DNA of 64,000 nucleotides from Candidatus Poriferihabitans sp. (GCA_965220975.1 OZ244855.1:836742-900741); one strand, 5' to 3'. Positions 18,715-30,520 are shown, numbered from the stretch's first letter. Program-made: numbers and translations. Notes: generated from the sequence alone by a model not told the origin.

Positions 18715-19211
18715 ATCTCGATATCCTGCGAAGCCTGGATGGAACTGCCTGGCAGCCATGGATCGTGGTCGGCCGCGCAGGCTATTGCGCGATTGCTTGA
18801 CCGGGAGAACCGCTACATGTTGCGGCGGTACTGCCCTCCCGCTTCACATGGAACATTGCAAATTTGGCCCGGCGGGCAATGCCTGACTGCATCGACCGGT
18901 TTTTCGAATCTGTTCTCATTGTCGATTCCGTCTTCACGAATCTTCTGCAGGGCATGAGGAGATGATTCGCGATTCGGCTGCTTGAATTCGGCAAGCCTGT
19001 CAATCTGAATCGGTTTTTCCTTTCCGTCGATCGAGATCACTCAATGTTTTCCGGACCGGATTGCGGATTCGGGCAAATCGGGCGCACTCCGATCCCGCTT
19101 GCGACCGAATCCTAGCCTGCCGCAGGCAAAAAAGTTTCTATTTTTAGATTAGGGAAATATCCCATCTGCGATTTAGTATAATCTGCCTTTTTAGTTGCGG
19201 GAGACCAAAAC

Positions 19212-19577
19212 TTGAGTACACGTCCACTATCACCACATCTGCAAGTCTATCGACCACAGATTACTTCGGTATTGTCAATATTGCATCGAATTACCGGTGT
19301 GATTATTGCTCTTGGAGCATTAGTAATCGGATTATGGATTGCAAGTGTAGCTGCAGGTGATCCGTGGTACGGAGAGCTTTCAAACTTCCTGAATTCTTTG
19401 CCGGGAAAACTCTTGCTGGTTATCTGGACGCTTTGTACTGCATATCACCTTTGCAACGGTATTCGGCATTTGGCTTGGGATTTTGGCTACGGTTTTGAAA
19501 TCTCGCAGGTTTATCGAACAGGAAAACTCGTTGTGGTGTTCGCGATCGTGATTACCACCGGAGTCTGGTTACTATGA
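19212..19577 (+). CDS. sdhC: Succinate dehydrogenase cytochrome b556 subunit
   Basis: RPLSPHLQVYRPQITSVLSILHRITG is the canonical SdhC N-terminus. It is first in the sdhCDAB order. TTG start. Confidence 0.85.
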   Translation: MSTRPLSPHLQVYRPQITSVLSILHRITGVIIALGALVIGLWIASVAAGDPWYGELSNFLNSLPGKLLLVIWTLCTAYHLCNGIRHLAWDFGYGFEISQVYRTGKLVVVFAIVITTGVWLL

Positions 19578-19948
19578 AATTGGAATTGCCGCTCGCGAAA
19601 GTTAAAGGTCTGGGTGCATCTGGCGAGGGATCCCGCCACTGGTGGACGCAACGTCTCTCTGCACTAGCTTTAATTCCGCTAACGCTGTGGTTTTTATTCT
19701 CAATCGTCAATCAGTTGGGTCAGGAACATTCTGCTGTTCATGAATGGGTTGCCAATCCAGTAACAGCCATATTGTTAATTCTGTATTCAATTTTCATGTT
19801 TTATCATGCACAGTTAGGAGTACAGGTAGTGATTGAGGATTATGTCCATCATCACGGAGTCAGGTTGATTCTGCTCATTTTTTCAAAGGTCGTTCTTTTG
19901 CTATTCGGCCTCCTGGCAGTTTTCTCTGTTTTACAGATTGCTCTTTAA
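19574..19948 (+). CDS. sdhD: Succinate dehydrogenase hydrophobic membrane anchor subunit
   Basis: SRHWWTQRLSALALIPL motif. It overlaps the sdhC stop by 4 nt. Confidence 0.8.
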   Translation: MKLELPLAKVKGLGASGEGSRHWWTQRLSALALIPLTLWFLFSIVNQLGQEHSAVHEWVANPVTAILLILYSIFMFYHAQLGVQVVIEDYVHHHGVRLILLIFSKVVLLLFGLLAVFSVLQIAL

Positions 19949-19969
19949 ATCCATGGACATAGGTTGATC

Positions 19970-21760
19970 ATGAGCAAAACTTACGAAATTATTGACCATT
20001 ATTATGATGTCGTGGTCGTTGGGGCCGGCGGCGCTGGTTTAAGAGCGACTTTTGGTATGGCGGTTGAGGGTCTCAGTACTGCCTGCATAACCAAGCTCTT
20101 CCCGACAAGGAGTCATACTGTTGCAGCTCAAGGCGGGATGAGTGCCGCTCTAGGTAATATGGGAGAGGATGACTGGCGCTGGCATATGTACGATACAGTC
20201 AAGGGATCAGACTGGTTGGGCGATCAAGACGCGATCGAATATATGTGCAAGGAGGCACCTGATGCGGTTATTGAGCTGGAACATTACGGAGTGCCATTTT
20301 CGAGAACTTCTCAGGGCAAGATTTACCAGCGGGCATTTGGCGGAATGACTACACATTACGGAGAAGGGCAAGCTCAAAGAACCTGTGCAGCCGCTGATCG
20401 CACCGGCCACGCAATTCTGCATACCCTCTATCAACAGTCTCTTCGTCATAAGGCCGAGTTTTTTGTGGAATATTTTGCTATCGACTTGATCATGAAGGAC
20501 GGTGAGTGTCGCGGCGTTATGGCATGGGATCTCGATACTGGAACACTCCATCGCTTTGCTTCCAGAATTGTCGTGCTGGCAACTGGCGGGTATGGCCGGA
20601 CCTATTTTTCAGCTACCTCTGCGCATAGTTGTACCGGTGATGGAGGGGGTATGGTTCTCCGTGCAGGACTGCCTTTGCAAGATATGGAGTTCGTCCAGTT
20701 CCACCCGACTGGTATCTATGGATCTGGTTGTCTAATTACGGAGGGCGCAAGAGGAGAAGGAGGCTATTTGACCAATTCAAAGGGCGAGCGTTTCATGGAA
20801 CGCTATGCTCCAAATGCCAAGGATCTGGCCTCGCGTGATGTGGTTAGCCGTTCAATGACCATGGAAATTCAGAGCGGTCTTGGTGTAGGTGAAGAAAAAG
20901 ACCATATTTTTCTCCATCTGGAGCACCTCGGCCCCGAAGTCCTCGCAGAAAGACTTCCAGGTATATCCGAGTCAGCAAAAATCTTTGCCGGAGTCGATGT
21001 CACAAAGGATCCAATTCCAGTCATTCCAACTGTTCATTACAACATGGGTGGCATCCAGACCAACATCCATGGTGAGGTTGTAACCCTGAAAGATGGCGAT
21101 CCCGAATACGTAGTTTCCGGACTAATGGCAATTGGTGAAGCGGCTTGTGTATCGGTTCATGGCGCAAACCGTTTAGGTTCCAATTCATTACTAGACATCG
21201 TGGTATTTGGCAGGGCGGCTGCCCATCGCGCCAAACATCTACTGCAGGACAAACAAGGAAGAATTCGACCGGATCGAGATGCCGGAGAATCGATCATTGC
21301 TCGATTTGATGAGCTAAGACACGCCAATGGAAACAGTCCCACAGCCGAGTTGCGACTGCAAATGCAAAAAGTCATGCAAACCAACTGTGCAGTTTTCAGA
21401 ACTGAAGAATTGATTCAGGAAGGGGTTGACAAGCTCAAACAGGTGTGTCATCAGTTCAGCGATATACGCATTACCGATCGTTCAATGGTCTGGAATACAG
21501 ATCTCCTGGAAACCATTGAACTTGATAATTTGCTAAGACAAGCACGAGTGACAATTGAATCGGCATTGAACCGAAAGGAAAGTCGAGGTGCACATGCACG
21601 TGAAGATTATCCCGAACGTGATGATCAAAACTGGATGAAACATACCTTAACCTGGCAAGAAAATATTACTGATGAGCCCACGATTGACTATCGACCTGTA
21701 CATGATTACACCTTGACTGAAGAAGTTGAATACATCAAGCCAAAGGAGCGAGTTTACTGA
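19970..21760 (+). CDS. sdhA: Succinate dehydrogenase flavoprotein subunit
   Basis: [17 protein letters not shown] motif, the [10 protein letters not shown] covalent-FAD His region, and [11 protein letters not shown]. The ATG at 19970 is preferred over the TTG at 19964. Confidence 0.9.
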   Translation: MSKTYEIIDHYYDVVVVGAGGAGLRATFGMAVEGLSTACITKLFPTRSHTVAAQGGMSAALGNMGEDDWRWHMYDTVKGSDWLGDQDAIEYMCKEAPDAVIELEHYGVPFSRTSQGKIYQRAFGGMTTHYGEGQAQRTCAAADRTGHAILHTLYQQSLRHKAEFFVEYFAIDLIMKDGECRGVMAWDLDTGTLHRFASRIVVLATGGYGRTYFSATSAHSCTGDGGGMVLRAGLPLQDMEFVQFHPTGIYGSGCLITEGARGEGGYLTNSKGERFMERYAPNAKDLASRDVVSRSMTMEIQSGLGVGEEKDHIFLHLEHLGPEVLAERLPGISESAKIFAGVDVTKDPIPVIPTVHYNMGGIQTNIHGEVVTLKDGDPEYVVSGLMAIGEAACVSVHGANRLGSNSLLDIVVFGRAAAHRAKHLLQDKQGRIRPDRDAGESIIARFDELRHANGNSPTAELRLQMQKVMQTNCAVFRTEELIQEGVDKLKQVCHQFSDIRITDRSMVWNTDLLETIELDNLLRQARVTIESALNRKESRGAHAREDYPERDDQNWMKHTLTWQENITDEPTIDYRPVHDYTLTEEVEYIKPKERVY

Positions 21761-22533
21761 TGGCCGAATTCCGATTACCAAAAAATTCACGTATCAAGCA
21801 AGGCGGACACTTCAAGGATTCAACTTCAGAAGATCTGAAGGCGGTCTATATTTATCGCTGGGATCCGGATACTGCTGACAATCCTCGAATGGATCGCTAT
21901 GATGTCGACACCAAGGCGTGTGGACCAATGGTGCTGGATGTTTTGATTCACATCAAAAATTCCATCGACAGCACCCTTACCTTTCGTCGTTCATGCCGGG
22001 AAGGAATCTGCGGCTCTTGTTCCATGAATATCAATGGTACAAATTCACTGGCATGTATCACATCAGCTCAGGAAACCACTGGAGACATCAAGATTTATCC
22101 ATTGCCGCACATGTCCGTGGTAAAGGATTTAGTCGTTGATCTTGCGAATTTCTATGCCCAGTACACATCGGTAAAACCATGGCTTCAATCTGATAGTCCT
22201 TCTCCCGATCGGGAACGCTTGCAGTCTGAGCAAGAACGAAGCAGGCTTGATGGATTGTATGAATGTATTCTGTGCGCATGTTGTTCGACCAGCTGTCCAA
22301 GCTACTGGTGGAATGGAGATCGTTATCTCGGGCCTGCAGCATTGCTTCAGGCTTATCGCTGGATTGCAGATAGTCGCGATGACTTTACAGGCGAGCGTCT
22401 TGATCAACTCGATGATGCCTTCAAGCTGTATCGTTGCCATACAATCATGAATTGCACAAAAGCCTGTCCCAAGGGACTCAATCCTGCAAAATCAATAGCG
22501 AAAATAAAGCAGGCAATTCAAGAAAGGAAATAG
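21760..22533 (+). CDS. sdhB: Succinate dehydrogenase iron-sulfur subunit
   Basis: Cys clusters [27 protein letters not shown] and [17 protein letters not shown]. Confidence 0.9.
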   Translation: MAEFRLPKNSRIKQGGHFKDSTSEDLKAVYIYRWDPDTADNPRMDRYDVDTKACGPMVLDVLIHIKNSIDSTLTFRRSCREGICGSCSMNINGTNSLACITSAQETTGDIKIYPLPHMSVVKDLVVDLANFYAQYTSVKPWLQSDSPSPDRERLQSEQERSRLDGLYECILCACCSTSCPSYWWNGDRYLGPAALLQAYRWIADSRDDFTGERLDQLDDAFKLYRCHTIMNCTKACPKGLNPAKSIAKIKQAIQERK

Positions 22534-22535
22534 TT

Positions 22536-22802
22536 TTGGAGACAGAGTCAACCCGGAACGTATCCTTGCAAGATGAGCGTAAACTTTTCTATCGTTGTCG
22601 GCGAGGAACGCGTGAACTTGATTGGATACTAATCGGGTTTTTTGAACGCCATTACAAAAGTCTTGATGCAGAGGAGCAGAGGAGTTTTACGAAATTGCTC
22701 GAGATTGAAGACTGTACTTTAATTGATTGGCTCTGCAACAGAAATCCTGTCGAAGAACATGACTTTGTACCCATTGTGAAGCGAATCATTAGTGCCACAT
22801 GA
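22536..22802 (+). CDS. sdhE: FAD assembly factor SdhE (DUF339)
   Basis: LFYRCRRGTRELDWIL...LLEIEDCTLIDWL matches the SdhE pattern. An in-frame TTG lies 3 nt after the sdhB stop; the listed ORF start at 22434 overlaps sdhB and is unlikely. Confidence 0.7.
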   Translation: METESTRNVSLQDERKLFYRCRRGTRELDWILIGFFERHYKSLDAEEQRSFTKLLEIEDCTLIDWLCNRNPVEEHDFVPIVKRIISAT

Positions 22803-22805
22803 AAC

Positions 22806-23279
22806 TCATGAATTCGAATGACCGGGGGATCGCAATGCATAGACATGTCCCATTTCGTTGAAATAATGCATGGCTTCCTCTGCACAGAGACCATCCTGCA
22901 ATTCAAAAGCATCAAACCCGCATTGTTCCATCATGGACAGATTGTCGTAAATTGCGCCAATTGCCCGGATTTCCCCTGCATATCGATAAAATTCACGCAG
23001 TTCAATTGCCAGCGAATAAACTCTTCCATCAGAGAAATCTCCAGCATTGATCGCAATCATGGGAATTTCGGGTAAATGCTTTTCCAGTAACTTTAGTTCA
23101 TCATCCGGTTGCAGCAATACTCCGTCCAATGACTGAAAACGCTCGTTCACACAATCATTTTCCAGTTGCTCTAGCCAGTCGTTGAGCGCCAAAATTCGCG
23201 GGGCAGAATTCGCATGACCAGTTGGCTGGTCAGGCAGCCGCACTGTTTGAACGATTTCGCGATTTTTGATAATCTGCAT
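22806..23279 (-). CDS. DUF934-family protein commonly paired with sulfite reductase
   Basis: MQIIKNREIVQ... N-terminus with size and position downstream of the cysI-like gene, as in Pseudomonas-type loci. Confidence 0.6.
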   Translation of the reverse strand: MQIIKNREIVQTVRLPDQPTGHANSAPRILALNDWLEQLENDCVNERFQSLDGVLLQPDDELKLLEKHLPEIPMIAINAGDFSDGRVYSLAIELREFYRYAGEIRAIGAIYDNLSMMEQCGFDAFELQDGLCAEEAMHYFNEMGHVYALRSPGHSNS

Positions 23280-24912
23280 ATAGATTTTCCTGATAAGGCT
23301 TTAACCCGACTCTACGGTAACATTCTCCAAATGATTCGTCGCATTGTCGAATGTCAAGATAGGTATCGAGAATATTTAGAATTGCACGAACGATATGTTG
23401 ACGGGGAATGGCCGGGCCCACTCTTTCTCCAATAGATGCGTCTTTTCCCGAATCACCGCCCAATGTAATCTGATACCACTCCTTGCCTTTCTTGTCGACT
23501 CCCAAAATTCCGATATCCGCAACATGGTGATGGCCGCAAGCGTTCATGCAGCCAGACATCTTCAGACTGATTTGGCCAATATTGTGAATGCGATCCAGGC
23601 TATCAATTGCATCGCCAAGTTCCTTAACCAAAGGAATCGTCGAGGAGTTTGCCAATGAACAGTAATCAAGTCCCGGACAGGCGACCACATCGGTAAGCGT
23701 CCCAAGGTTTGGAGTGGCCAACCGCATTTCATTCAGATGATGCCAGACAGCATGCAAATGTTTGCGGTGAACCCATGGCAAGACCAGGTTTTGGCGATGG
23801 GTCACTCGTATCTCTCCACCGCTATAACGATCTGCAAGATCTGCTAGATGTCGCATACTCTCTGAATCCATGTCACCGGGTGCCATGCCCTTTGATTTAA
23901 GCGGCAAGTGAACAATTACCCGATCCGGCTCTTTATGAGCCTCGGTGTTGGTTTGTTTCCATTTCAGGAATCCATCACCATGAACAGGAATAATATTGTC
24001 TGGTACTTCCCGATCGTCAAATTCAGGTTGGGTGAAACTATTCGCCAGGTCCATGAAACGCTTTTCATCCCAATCGCCTTGCTGTTGGCTATACTTCTCA
24101 TAGATTTCATCTACTTCTTCTCGAAAACGATCAATACCGCGTTCATTCACCAGAATTTTGATTCTAGCCTTGTACTTGTTATCGCGACGCCCGTATTTGT
24201 TGTAGACATGCATGACCGCTTGTAACCAGGCAAGCAGATTTTCAGCTGGCTGAGATTCTTTCAAAACTTTTCCGATAACCGGAGTTCTCCCCATACCCCC
24301 GCCCACCAAAATTCGAGCTAGAGTCTGATTTCTGGGACCGCGGTAGAGTTCAATTCCAATATCATGAAAACGGACAGCTGCTCGATCTTGAATGGCGCCG
24401 GATACGGCAATCTTGAATTTTCGAGGTAACCAGTAGAATTCAGGATGCAAGGTCGACCATTGTCGAATCAGTTCACACCAAGGACGTGGATCGATTATCT
24501 CATCTGGAGATATTCCGGCGAGATGGTCTGTTGTAATGTTTCGAACACAGCTTCCGCTTGTCTGGATTGCATGCATGCCTACCTCTGCCAAGTCCCTCAA
24601 GAGATTGGGAGCATCTTCGATTGTGACCCAGTTAAACTGGATATTTTGTCGAGTCGTGAAATGGCCATAGCCACGGTCATGGCAATCTGCGACATTGGCT
24701 AGCATGCGCAATTGATGAGAGTTTAAGTGACCATATGGAATCGCGATTCGAATCATTGGGGAATAGCGTTCAACATATAAACCATTGCGGAGTCGCAATT
24801 GCTGAAACACATCCGCCTCCAATTTTCCATTAAGGTAGCGCGTAACCTGATTCGCAAACTGGTCTGCTCGTGACTGATAAAACTGTTTTTCTTGAAAATT
24901 GGCTTGATGCAT
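23230..24912 (-). CDS. cysI: Nitrite/sulfite reductase hemoprotein (assimilatory sulfite reductase beta-component-like)
   Basis: Siroheme/4Fe-4S Cys motifs (TSGSCVRNIT, CPGLDYCSLA, SGCMNACGHHHV); 560 aa. Confidence 0.8.
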   Translation of the reverse strand: MHQANFQEKQFYQSRADQFANQVTRYLNGKLEADVFQQLRLRNGLYVERYSPMIRIAIPYGHLNSHQLRMLANVADCHDRGYGHFTTRQNIQFNWVTIEDAPNLLRDLAEVGMHAIQTSGSCVRNITTDHLAGISPDEIIDPRPWCELIRQWSTLHPEFYWLPRKFKIAVSGAIQDRAAVRFHDIGIELYRGPRNQTLARILVGGGMGRTPVIGKVLKESQPAENLLAWLQAVMHVYNKYGRRDNKYKARIKILVNERGIDRFREEVDEIYEKYSQQQGDWDEKRFMDLANSFTQPEFDDREVPDNIIPVHGDGFLKWKQTNTEAHKEPDRVIVHLPLKSKGMAPGDMDSESMRHLADLADRYSGGEIRVTHRQNLVLPWVHRKHLHAVWHHLNEMRLATPNLGTLTDVVACPGLDYCSLANSSTIPLVKELGDAIDSLDRIHNIGQISLKMSGCMNACGHHHVADIGILGVDKKGKEWYQITLGGDSGKDASIGERVGPAIPRQHIVRAILNILDTYLDIRQCDESFGECYRRVGLKPYQENLYADYQKSRNRSNSAAA

Positions 24913-25047
24913 GAGCTGTACAGATTGGTTGTTCGATCATTTGAAATACAGTTTATGGCATCGATATGATGCAATGCAATATAAAAAAGAAAAAAATTAT
25001 TCCTTCCATGTTAAAATTCAATTTTTGTAGAAAATAATATTAAAAAA

Positions 25048-25521
25048 ATGGAAAAAATAGAAAAATATTTTTTAGATGAGCAAAATAGAAAAATTCTGTA
25101 TTACTTGCAAAGGGATTCCAGCATGTCGATCAAGGAGCTGTCGGAGCGTGTAAACTTGTCGCCGACACCGTGTTGGAAGCGAATTCGCAATCTCAAGGAA
25201 AGTGGAGTAATACGTGCCAATGTTGCGTTATTGGATCAACAGTTGATTGGGGCTGCTGTTACCGTGTTTATTGCAATCAAGACGGATCAGCACAATATGG
25301 CTTGGACCGAAAAGTTTGCTTTTGAAATGTCAGACATTCCAGAGATTATGGAAGTTTATCGAATGAGTGGAGAAGTAGACTATCTGTTGCGAGCTGTTGT
25401 TCCAAGCATCGCCGAATTTGATCACCTGTACAAAAAGATCATCAGCAGGATTGATTTGACCGAAGTAACTTCAACCTTTGCGATGGAGCAAATGAAGTAT
25501 ACGACAGCCTTGCCGATCTAG
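25048..25521 (+). CDS. Lrp/AsnC family transcriptional regulator
   Basis: LDEQNRKILYYLQRDSSMSIKELSERVNLSPTPCWKRIRNLKESGVI HTH region plus a C-terminal RAM-like domain. Confidence 0.85.
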   Translation: MEKIEKYFLDEQNRKILYYLQRDSSMSIKELSERVNLSPTPCWKRIRNLKESGVIRANVALLDQQLIGAAVTVFIAIKTDQHNMAWTEKFAFEMSDIPEIMEVYRMSGEVDYLLRAVVPSIAEFDHLYKKIISRIDLTEVTSTFAMEQMKYTTALPI

Positions 25522-25696
25522 TTTTTACTCCTGGTTATGGGTTTGGATGTAAAATTCATGATCAGGTCATGATTGCCGCTAATTTGCTTTCAATGTCTGC
25601 ATGTTATCAGTATGATTAAAGCAGAAGATTGCTGCTGGGGGTAGATTTTCACGATTAAATTTGCGATAATCGAGATAAGAGTCATTGAGGAGAATC

Positions 25697-26170
25697 ATGA
25701 AAAAAGTACTGGTCTTGAATGGCCCAAATTTGAATCTGTTAGGAGGTCGCGAGCCGGAGCACTATGGTGAAGTGCCCCTGCATGAACTTGAAGAGTTATT
25801 GATTGATACGTCCAAGAAGATGAGTATTTCTCTTGAATGCAAGCAAAGTAATTCTGAGGGTCAACTAGTGGACTGGATCCACCAGGCAGATGAGGAGGAA
25901 GTCGAGTACATCATCATCAATGCCGGTGCATATACGCACACCAGTATCGCATTGCGTGATGCATTTCTCGCAACTGACATGCCTTTTATTGAGGTGCACA
26001 TTACAAATACTCATTCCAGGGAAGATTTTCGACACAAATCCTATCTTTCAGATATCGCGGTTTCAGTAATTCTGGGCATGGGGCTGCTTGGATATGTTTT
26101 TGCCCTGCACTTTATCATGGCTGAAACATATGACCCCGATAATATTGAAGATATATTTGAAGAACGATAA
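25697..26170 (+). CDS. aroQ: Type II 3-dehydroquinate dehydratase
   Basis: VLVLNGPNLNLLG...IIINAGAYTHTSIALRDA...IEVHITN motifs. GAGGA RBS before the ATG at 25697. Confidence 0.9.
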   Translation: MKKVLVLNGPNLNLLGGREPEHYGEVPLHELEELLIDTSKKMSISLECKQSNSEGQLVDWIHQADEEEVEYIIINAGAYTHTSIALRDAFLATDMPFIEVHITNTHSREDFRHKSYLSDIAVSVILGMGLLGYVFALHFIMAETYDPDNIEDIFEER

Positions 26171-26172
26171 TT

Positions 26173-26616
26173 ATGGATTTAAGGAAGATCAAGAAACTGA
26201 TCGACTTGCTCGAAAAATCAAAGCTAAGTGAATTAGAGATCAGGGAAGGTGACGACACAATCCGACTCAGTAGGGCGAGTGATTCAAATCCCGGCATAGC
26301 CACACCGATACAAAGCCACCATGTCGTTTCACAGCCTCAAAATGCGGAGGTTGTTGCTGGGGAGGAGAAGAACAGTGGTATCGCAGTAACGTCCCCCATG
26401 GTCGGTACATTCTTTGCTTCATCAGAACCCAATACCGAGCCATTTGTTCAGGTTGGTTCGGTCGTTAATGCAAATGATACGCTTTGCGTTCTGGAAGCAA
26501 TGAAAACATTCAATCAAGTAAAAAGCGAGATATCGGGCATTGTAGTTTCTGTACTTAAATCTTCTGGCGATCCTGTAGAGTATGGTGAAACACTGTTCAT
26601 CATTGATCCAAGCTAG
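26173..26616 (+). CDS. accB: Acetyl-CoA carboxylase biotin carboxyl carrier protein
   Basis: [17 protein letters not shown]-terminus and the EAMK biotinylation motif. Confidence 0.9.
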   Translation: MDLRKIKKLIDLLEKSKLSELEIREGDDTIRLSRASDSNPGIATPIQSHHVVSQPQNAEVVAGEEKNSGIAVTSPMVGTFFASSEPNTEPFVQVGSVVNANDTLCVLEAMKTFNQVKSEISGIVVSVLKSSGDPVEYGETLFIIDPS

Positions 26617-26636
26617 TTGTTTCGAGCAATCCGACC

Positions 26637-27992
26637 ATGGAACGCCGCCGGATTCGTAAGCTGGTCATAGCAAATCGAGGGGAAATTGCGCTTCGAATCC
26701 TAAGAGCCTGCAGGCAGTTGGGCATTCTGACCGTCGCACTACATTCCGAGGCGGACCACGATGCCAAATATGTTCGTCTTGCAGATGAATCTGTTTGTAT
26801 CGGGCCACCGTCTGCCCGTGAAAGCTATCTGAACATGGCAGCCGTTATTGCAGCGGCAGAAGTTACGGATGCAAATGCGATACATCCCGGATATGGATTT
26901 TTGTCGGAGAATGCTGATTTTGCTGAGCAGGTAAAAGAGAGCAACTTCATTTTTGTAGGTCCGGATCCTGAAACTATTCGCATTATGGGCGATAAGATCA
27001 CCGCGATCAGTACGATGCAAAGCATGGGGGTACCTTGTATTCCCGGATCAAATGGATCGATCCCTCGAAATCAGGACGAACTTGTCGCTCTCGCCAATCA
27101 GATTGGTTACCCCTTGTTGCTGAAAGCCAGTGGTGGGGGAGGGGGAAAAGGTATGCGTCAGGTATCATGCCAACAAGATTTAATCGAAGCAGCTGAGTTA
27201 ACTGCAAAAGAAGCGTTATCCGCTTTTGGCAATGATTCACTGTACATCGAACGTTATCTTGAATCACCGCGACACATTGAAATTCAGGTCCTCGCAGATT
27301 ACCACGGGAACATACTGTACCTTGGGGACCGAGACTGCTCGATTCAGAGGCGTTATCAGAAAGTTATTGAAGAATCTCCCTCGCCCGGAATTTCAGATGA
27401 GCAACGTTCGCAGATTGGAGAAATTTGCCTCAATGCCTGCAAGCAGATGCAATACAAGGGAGTAGGAACGTTCGAATTCCTGTTTCAGAATGGTGAATTT
27501 TATTTTATTGAAATGAATACCCGAATCCAGGTTGAGCATCCGGTGACTGAGTTGATTACCGGTATTGATCTTGTGCAAGAACAAATTCTAGTTGCCGATG
27601 GATGCAAGATCGAATTTGGTCAGGAAGATATAAGCTTTGCAGGACATGCGATTGAGTGCAGAATCAATGCTGAAGACCCGGAAACGTTTACTCCATCGCC
27701 AGGCCAAATCACTCGTATACACATACCTGGCGGTCCAGGTGTTCGGGTGGATTCACATGCTTACACGAACTACAACGTGCCCCCGTTTTATGACTCGCTG
27801 ATTGGAAAAGTGATCACGCATGGACGAAACCGGAAAGAAGCTATGGCTAGAATGTCGGGCGCATTGCAGGAAATGCAGGTAGAAGGTATAAAGACCAATA
27901 TTCCGATGCATCAAGCGATACTCCAAAACCCAGATTTCCAACGCGGAGAGTGTGATATAAACTTCCTCAAGAAAAATCTTGACGTTGACTGA
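26637..27992 (+). CDS. accC: Acetyl-CoA carboxylase biotin carboxylase subunit
   Basis: [38 protein letters not shown]. Confidence 0.92.
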   Translation: MERRRIRKLVIANRGEIALRILRACRQLGILTVALHSEADHDAKYVRLADESVCIGPPSARESYLNMAAVIAAAEVTDANAIHPGYGFLSENADFAEQVKESNFIFVGPDPETIRIMGDKITAISTMQSMGVPCIPGSNGSIPRNQDELVALANQIGYPLLLKASGGGGGKGMRQVSCQQDLIEAAELTAKEALSAFGNDSLYIERYLESPRHIEIQVLADYHGNILYLGDRDCSIQRRYQKVIEESPSPGISDEQRSQIGEICLNACKQMQYKGVGTFEFLFQNGEFYFIEMNTRIQVEHPVTELITGIDLVQEQILVADGCKIEFGQEDISFAGHAIECRINAEDPETFTPSPGQITRIHIPGGPGVRVDSHAYTNYNVPPFYDSLIGKVITHGRNRKEAMARMSGALQEMQVEGIKTNIPMHQAILQNPDFQRGECDINFLKKNLDVD

Positions 27993-28890
27993 CTACCTCG
28001 AATTTTCCTGCCTCACACACAGAGTCTACTCGAACCAGATTGAAGAAGTGCTGGTACAAGCTGGAGCCTGTTCCATCACAATTGAAGAAACCGAACAGCC
28101 AAACCTCCTTGATGAAGACCAGTACGGTTCAACTTGGCAGATCATGAAACTCTCGGCTTTATTCGATTCCAAAACACTTGATTCTGAATCCATCCAGAAA
28201 ATAGAATTGCAACTGAAGGGGTTTCCTTTCGGCGATTCCCAGAAATTCTGTCATTTACCTGAGAGAAACTGGGACGAAGAATGGAAAAAGTACATTCGCC
28301 CCACCATCATTGGCGATGATCTATGGGTAGGCCCAAAATGGAAAACACCGAAAACAGGATACCGGCATGTTGTTCATATCGATCCAGGACTTGCATTTGG
28401 TACGGGTAGCCATGAAACAACATACCTTTGCCTGGAAGCGCTAGTCAACCGAGTTCATCAAGACATGTTTGTTGTCGATTTCGGCTGTGGTACTGGTATC
28501 TTAGGCATCATCGCTTGTCTATTGGGGGCAAGTCGTTCAATTGGTATCGATATTGACCATGTAGCTGTAGAAATCGCCAATCAGAACGCAAAGCAAAATC
28601 AGGTTGAAAGCAGATTCAAAGCCCAACATCTCGAAGAGTTTCTAAATTTCCGAGAGTCTGTATCTGTAGAGGGCGATATAGTTGTCGCAAATATTCTGAC
28701 CAATACCCTGATCGAGAATGCACAAATTCTAAAGGAGCTGGTTGCTGACCGAGGATCCTTGATACTCTCGGGGATTATGGTCAATCAGAGTCAGATGGTT
28801 TCTGATGTTTTCCAAGATGTATTTGAATTTTCGATAGTTCAGCGAGGAGATTGGGCAATGCTAGTCGGCGACCGGCGTGAAAAGCAATGA
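27979..28890 (+). CDS. prmA: Ribosomal protein L11 methyltransferase
   Basis: [15 protein letters not shown] and [14 protein letters not shown] motif. Synteny after accC. The start codon is uncertain. Confidence 0.8.
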   Translation: MTLTDYLEFSCLTHRVYSNQIEEVLVQAGACSITIEETEQPNLLDEDQYGSTWQIMKLSALFDSKTLDSESIQKIELQLKGFPFGDSQKFCHLPERNWDEEWKKYIRPTIIGDDLWVGPKWKTPKTGYRHVVHIDPGLAFGTGSHETTYLCLEALVNRVHQDMFVVDFGCGTGILGIIACLLGASRSIGIDIDHVAVEIANQNAKQNQVESRFKAQHLEEFLNFRESVSVEGDIVVANILTNTLIENAQILKELVADRGSLILSGIMVNQSQMVSDVFQDVFEFSIVQRGDWAMLVGDRREKQ

Positions 28891-28961
28891 TAGTAATGCT
28901 TGCCAGATTATATCCTTGTGACAAAAATTGGTCTGGAGACGAATGAATTCGGTGTTTTGCG

Positions 28962-30092
28962 ATGAATGATCAGAATTACTGCAGTTGTCCGTTTTGTGAC
29001 TCTGTATTTATTTTGCGCAAGAGTCTCTCGAAGGTGATTTGCGGAAATTGTGGCGAAATGTTCGATGCGAATCTTAATCGTGTTGTCCGAGTTGGCAATC
29101 GATTTATTCCGGATGTCGGGATTCCAAACGTAAATGGAGAGCCTGACAACTCATTCTCGCCCCATGTCAACTCTCAAAATGGGTACGGTGCAGAACAGCA
29201 ATCCATGGATGAAGATGAACATGAATCCGAGCAGAGAGGATCCCTGAATTTAAATATAGAGCCAAAAACGAATCTGAGAACACAGCAGCATAAGACCGTT
29301 AATCTTCGAGAACCGACCATAACCCTGCCCGAAGAATCAACAAAGGAACGAAATGGGCAATTTGCGCAAAATTCTCCATCAGATGAAGAAATTGGCTTAT
29401 CGACAACAGAACAGACGCAACCCTCGCTCGTGGCTGAGGAATCTGAACAATCAGGGAATCAGTCTGCTCATGGTTCCAGATCTTTCAGTTTCACTCGTAA
29501 ATCTGCAAAAAAGCGATCCAAAGTTCGTGCATCTTCCTCGCCTAAAAGCACACATGGCTTTGACCGCATGCAGAAACAAAAGAGCCAGGTTACTGATCTA
29601 ATCAAGGATCAAGGCAGCCCTGTTTCGATTATTGTATGGAGCGTTGTCAGCATTGTATTTCTCTCAATTCTAGTAATGCAAATCGAAGCTTTTGCAGTGC
29701 CCAAATATGCACAAACCACACAATATCGACCGTATCTTGTGGCGTTTTGCAAGATCATTCAATGTGAACTGCCCATGTTTGAAGATGTCGAAAAACTGGA
29801 TCTCGTTCACTTCAACATTGAACCTCATCCTAGTCATCCCGACGCTTTCAGGATCACTGTCAAGTTGATCAATGAAGCGGAGCATCCACAACCTTACCCA
29901 GAAATACAGTTGACACTTCGGGATAAGTTTGGTCGTATTATAGGACAACGAATTTATCCGGCATCGGTGTATTTGCCTGAAAATATCGAAAACAAAATGG
30001 TTTCCGGCGCTCTCTCTTCGGTTATGTTGGATCTTGCAAAACCCCATGATAATGCCCATGGATTTCGGGTTGACATAGTCGGTGATGAATGA
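28962..30092 (+). CDS. Zinc-ribbon (MJ0042-type) / DUF3426 membrane protein
   Basis: N-terminal CPFCDSVF...CGNCGEMF zinc ribbon, a low-complexity linker, one TM helix (IIVWSVVSIVFLSILV), and a C-terminal DUF3426-like domain. Position is conserved after prmA. Confidence 0.65.
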   Translation: MNDQNYCSCPFCDSVFILRKSLSKVICGNCGEMFDANLNRVVRVGNRFIPDVGIPNVNGEPDNSFSPHVNSQNGYGAEQQSMDEDEHESEQRGSLNLNIEPKTNLRTQQHKTVNLREPTITLPEESTKERNGQFAQNSPSDEEIGLSTTEQTQPSLVAEESEQSGNQSAHGSRSFSFTRKSAKKRSKVRASSSPKSTHGFDRMQKQKSQVTDLIKDQGSPVSIIVWSVVSIVFLSILVMQIEAFAVPKYAQTTQYRPYLVAFCKIIQCELPMFEDVEKLDLVHFNIEPHPSHPDAFRITVKLINEAEHPQPYPEIQLTLRDKFGRIIGQRIYPASVYLPENIENKMVSGALSSVMLDLAKPHDNAHGFRVDIVGDE

Positions 30093-30520
30093 TCGGTGGA
30101 ATGCGCCAATCCTGAAACAGGGTGCTTTGTATCAGGCGAAAAGATATTATATGCTGTTGGCTTTAGCTTAGGATGCGGAATCATCCATTAGGTGAAACAC
30201 CAGTCCCGAGAACCAAGCACACAGGTCTTTGAGGTACTTTCGTTTTCTAAAGAAGGATCTAGGTTTAACAATCCTGTTTATGGGTACCTGACCACCTGCT
30301 AAAATTTGTATTTCCCGGTCTTTTTGAAAATCAGGTTTGTTGATTGAGACAAGGAGACATGAATTTACCGTTCCAATGCGGTTTCTTCCATTTGTTAATA
30401 TCAAATTCTATTGAGGATCATTCAAGGTTTATAATTTACAGACTGCCATATCAATCAACTCATCAAACCGAGATATCGAATTTTCACAACAACGATTTAA
30501 AAATCAGACAATTATGGACA

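Noticed and set aside
16735-19040. Dozens of overlapping 60-130-aa ORFs on both strands in island 2
   Set aside because: They have no RBS, no motifs, mutually exclusive frames and Arg/Pro/Gly-rich composition. Apart from the leader gene and the ATPase remnant they look like stop-poor GC-rich noise.
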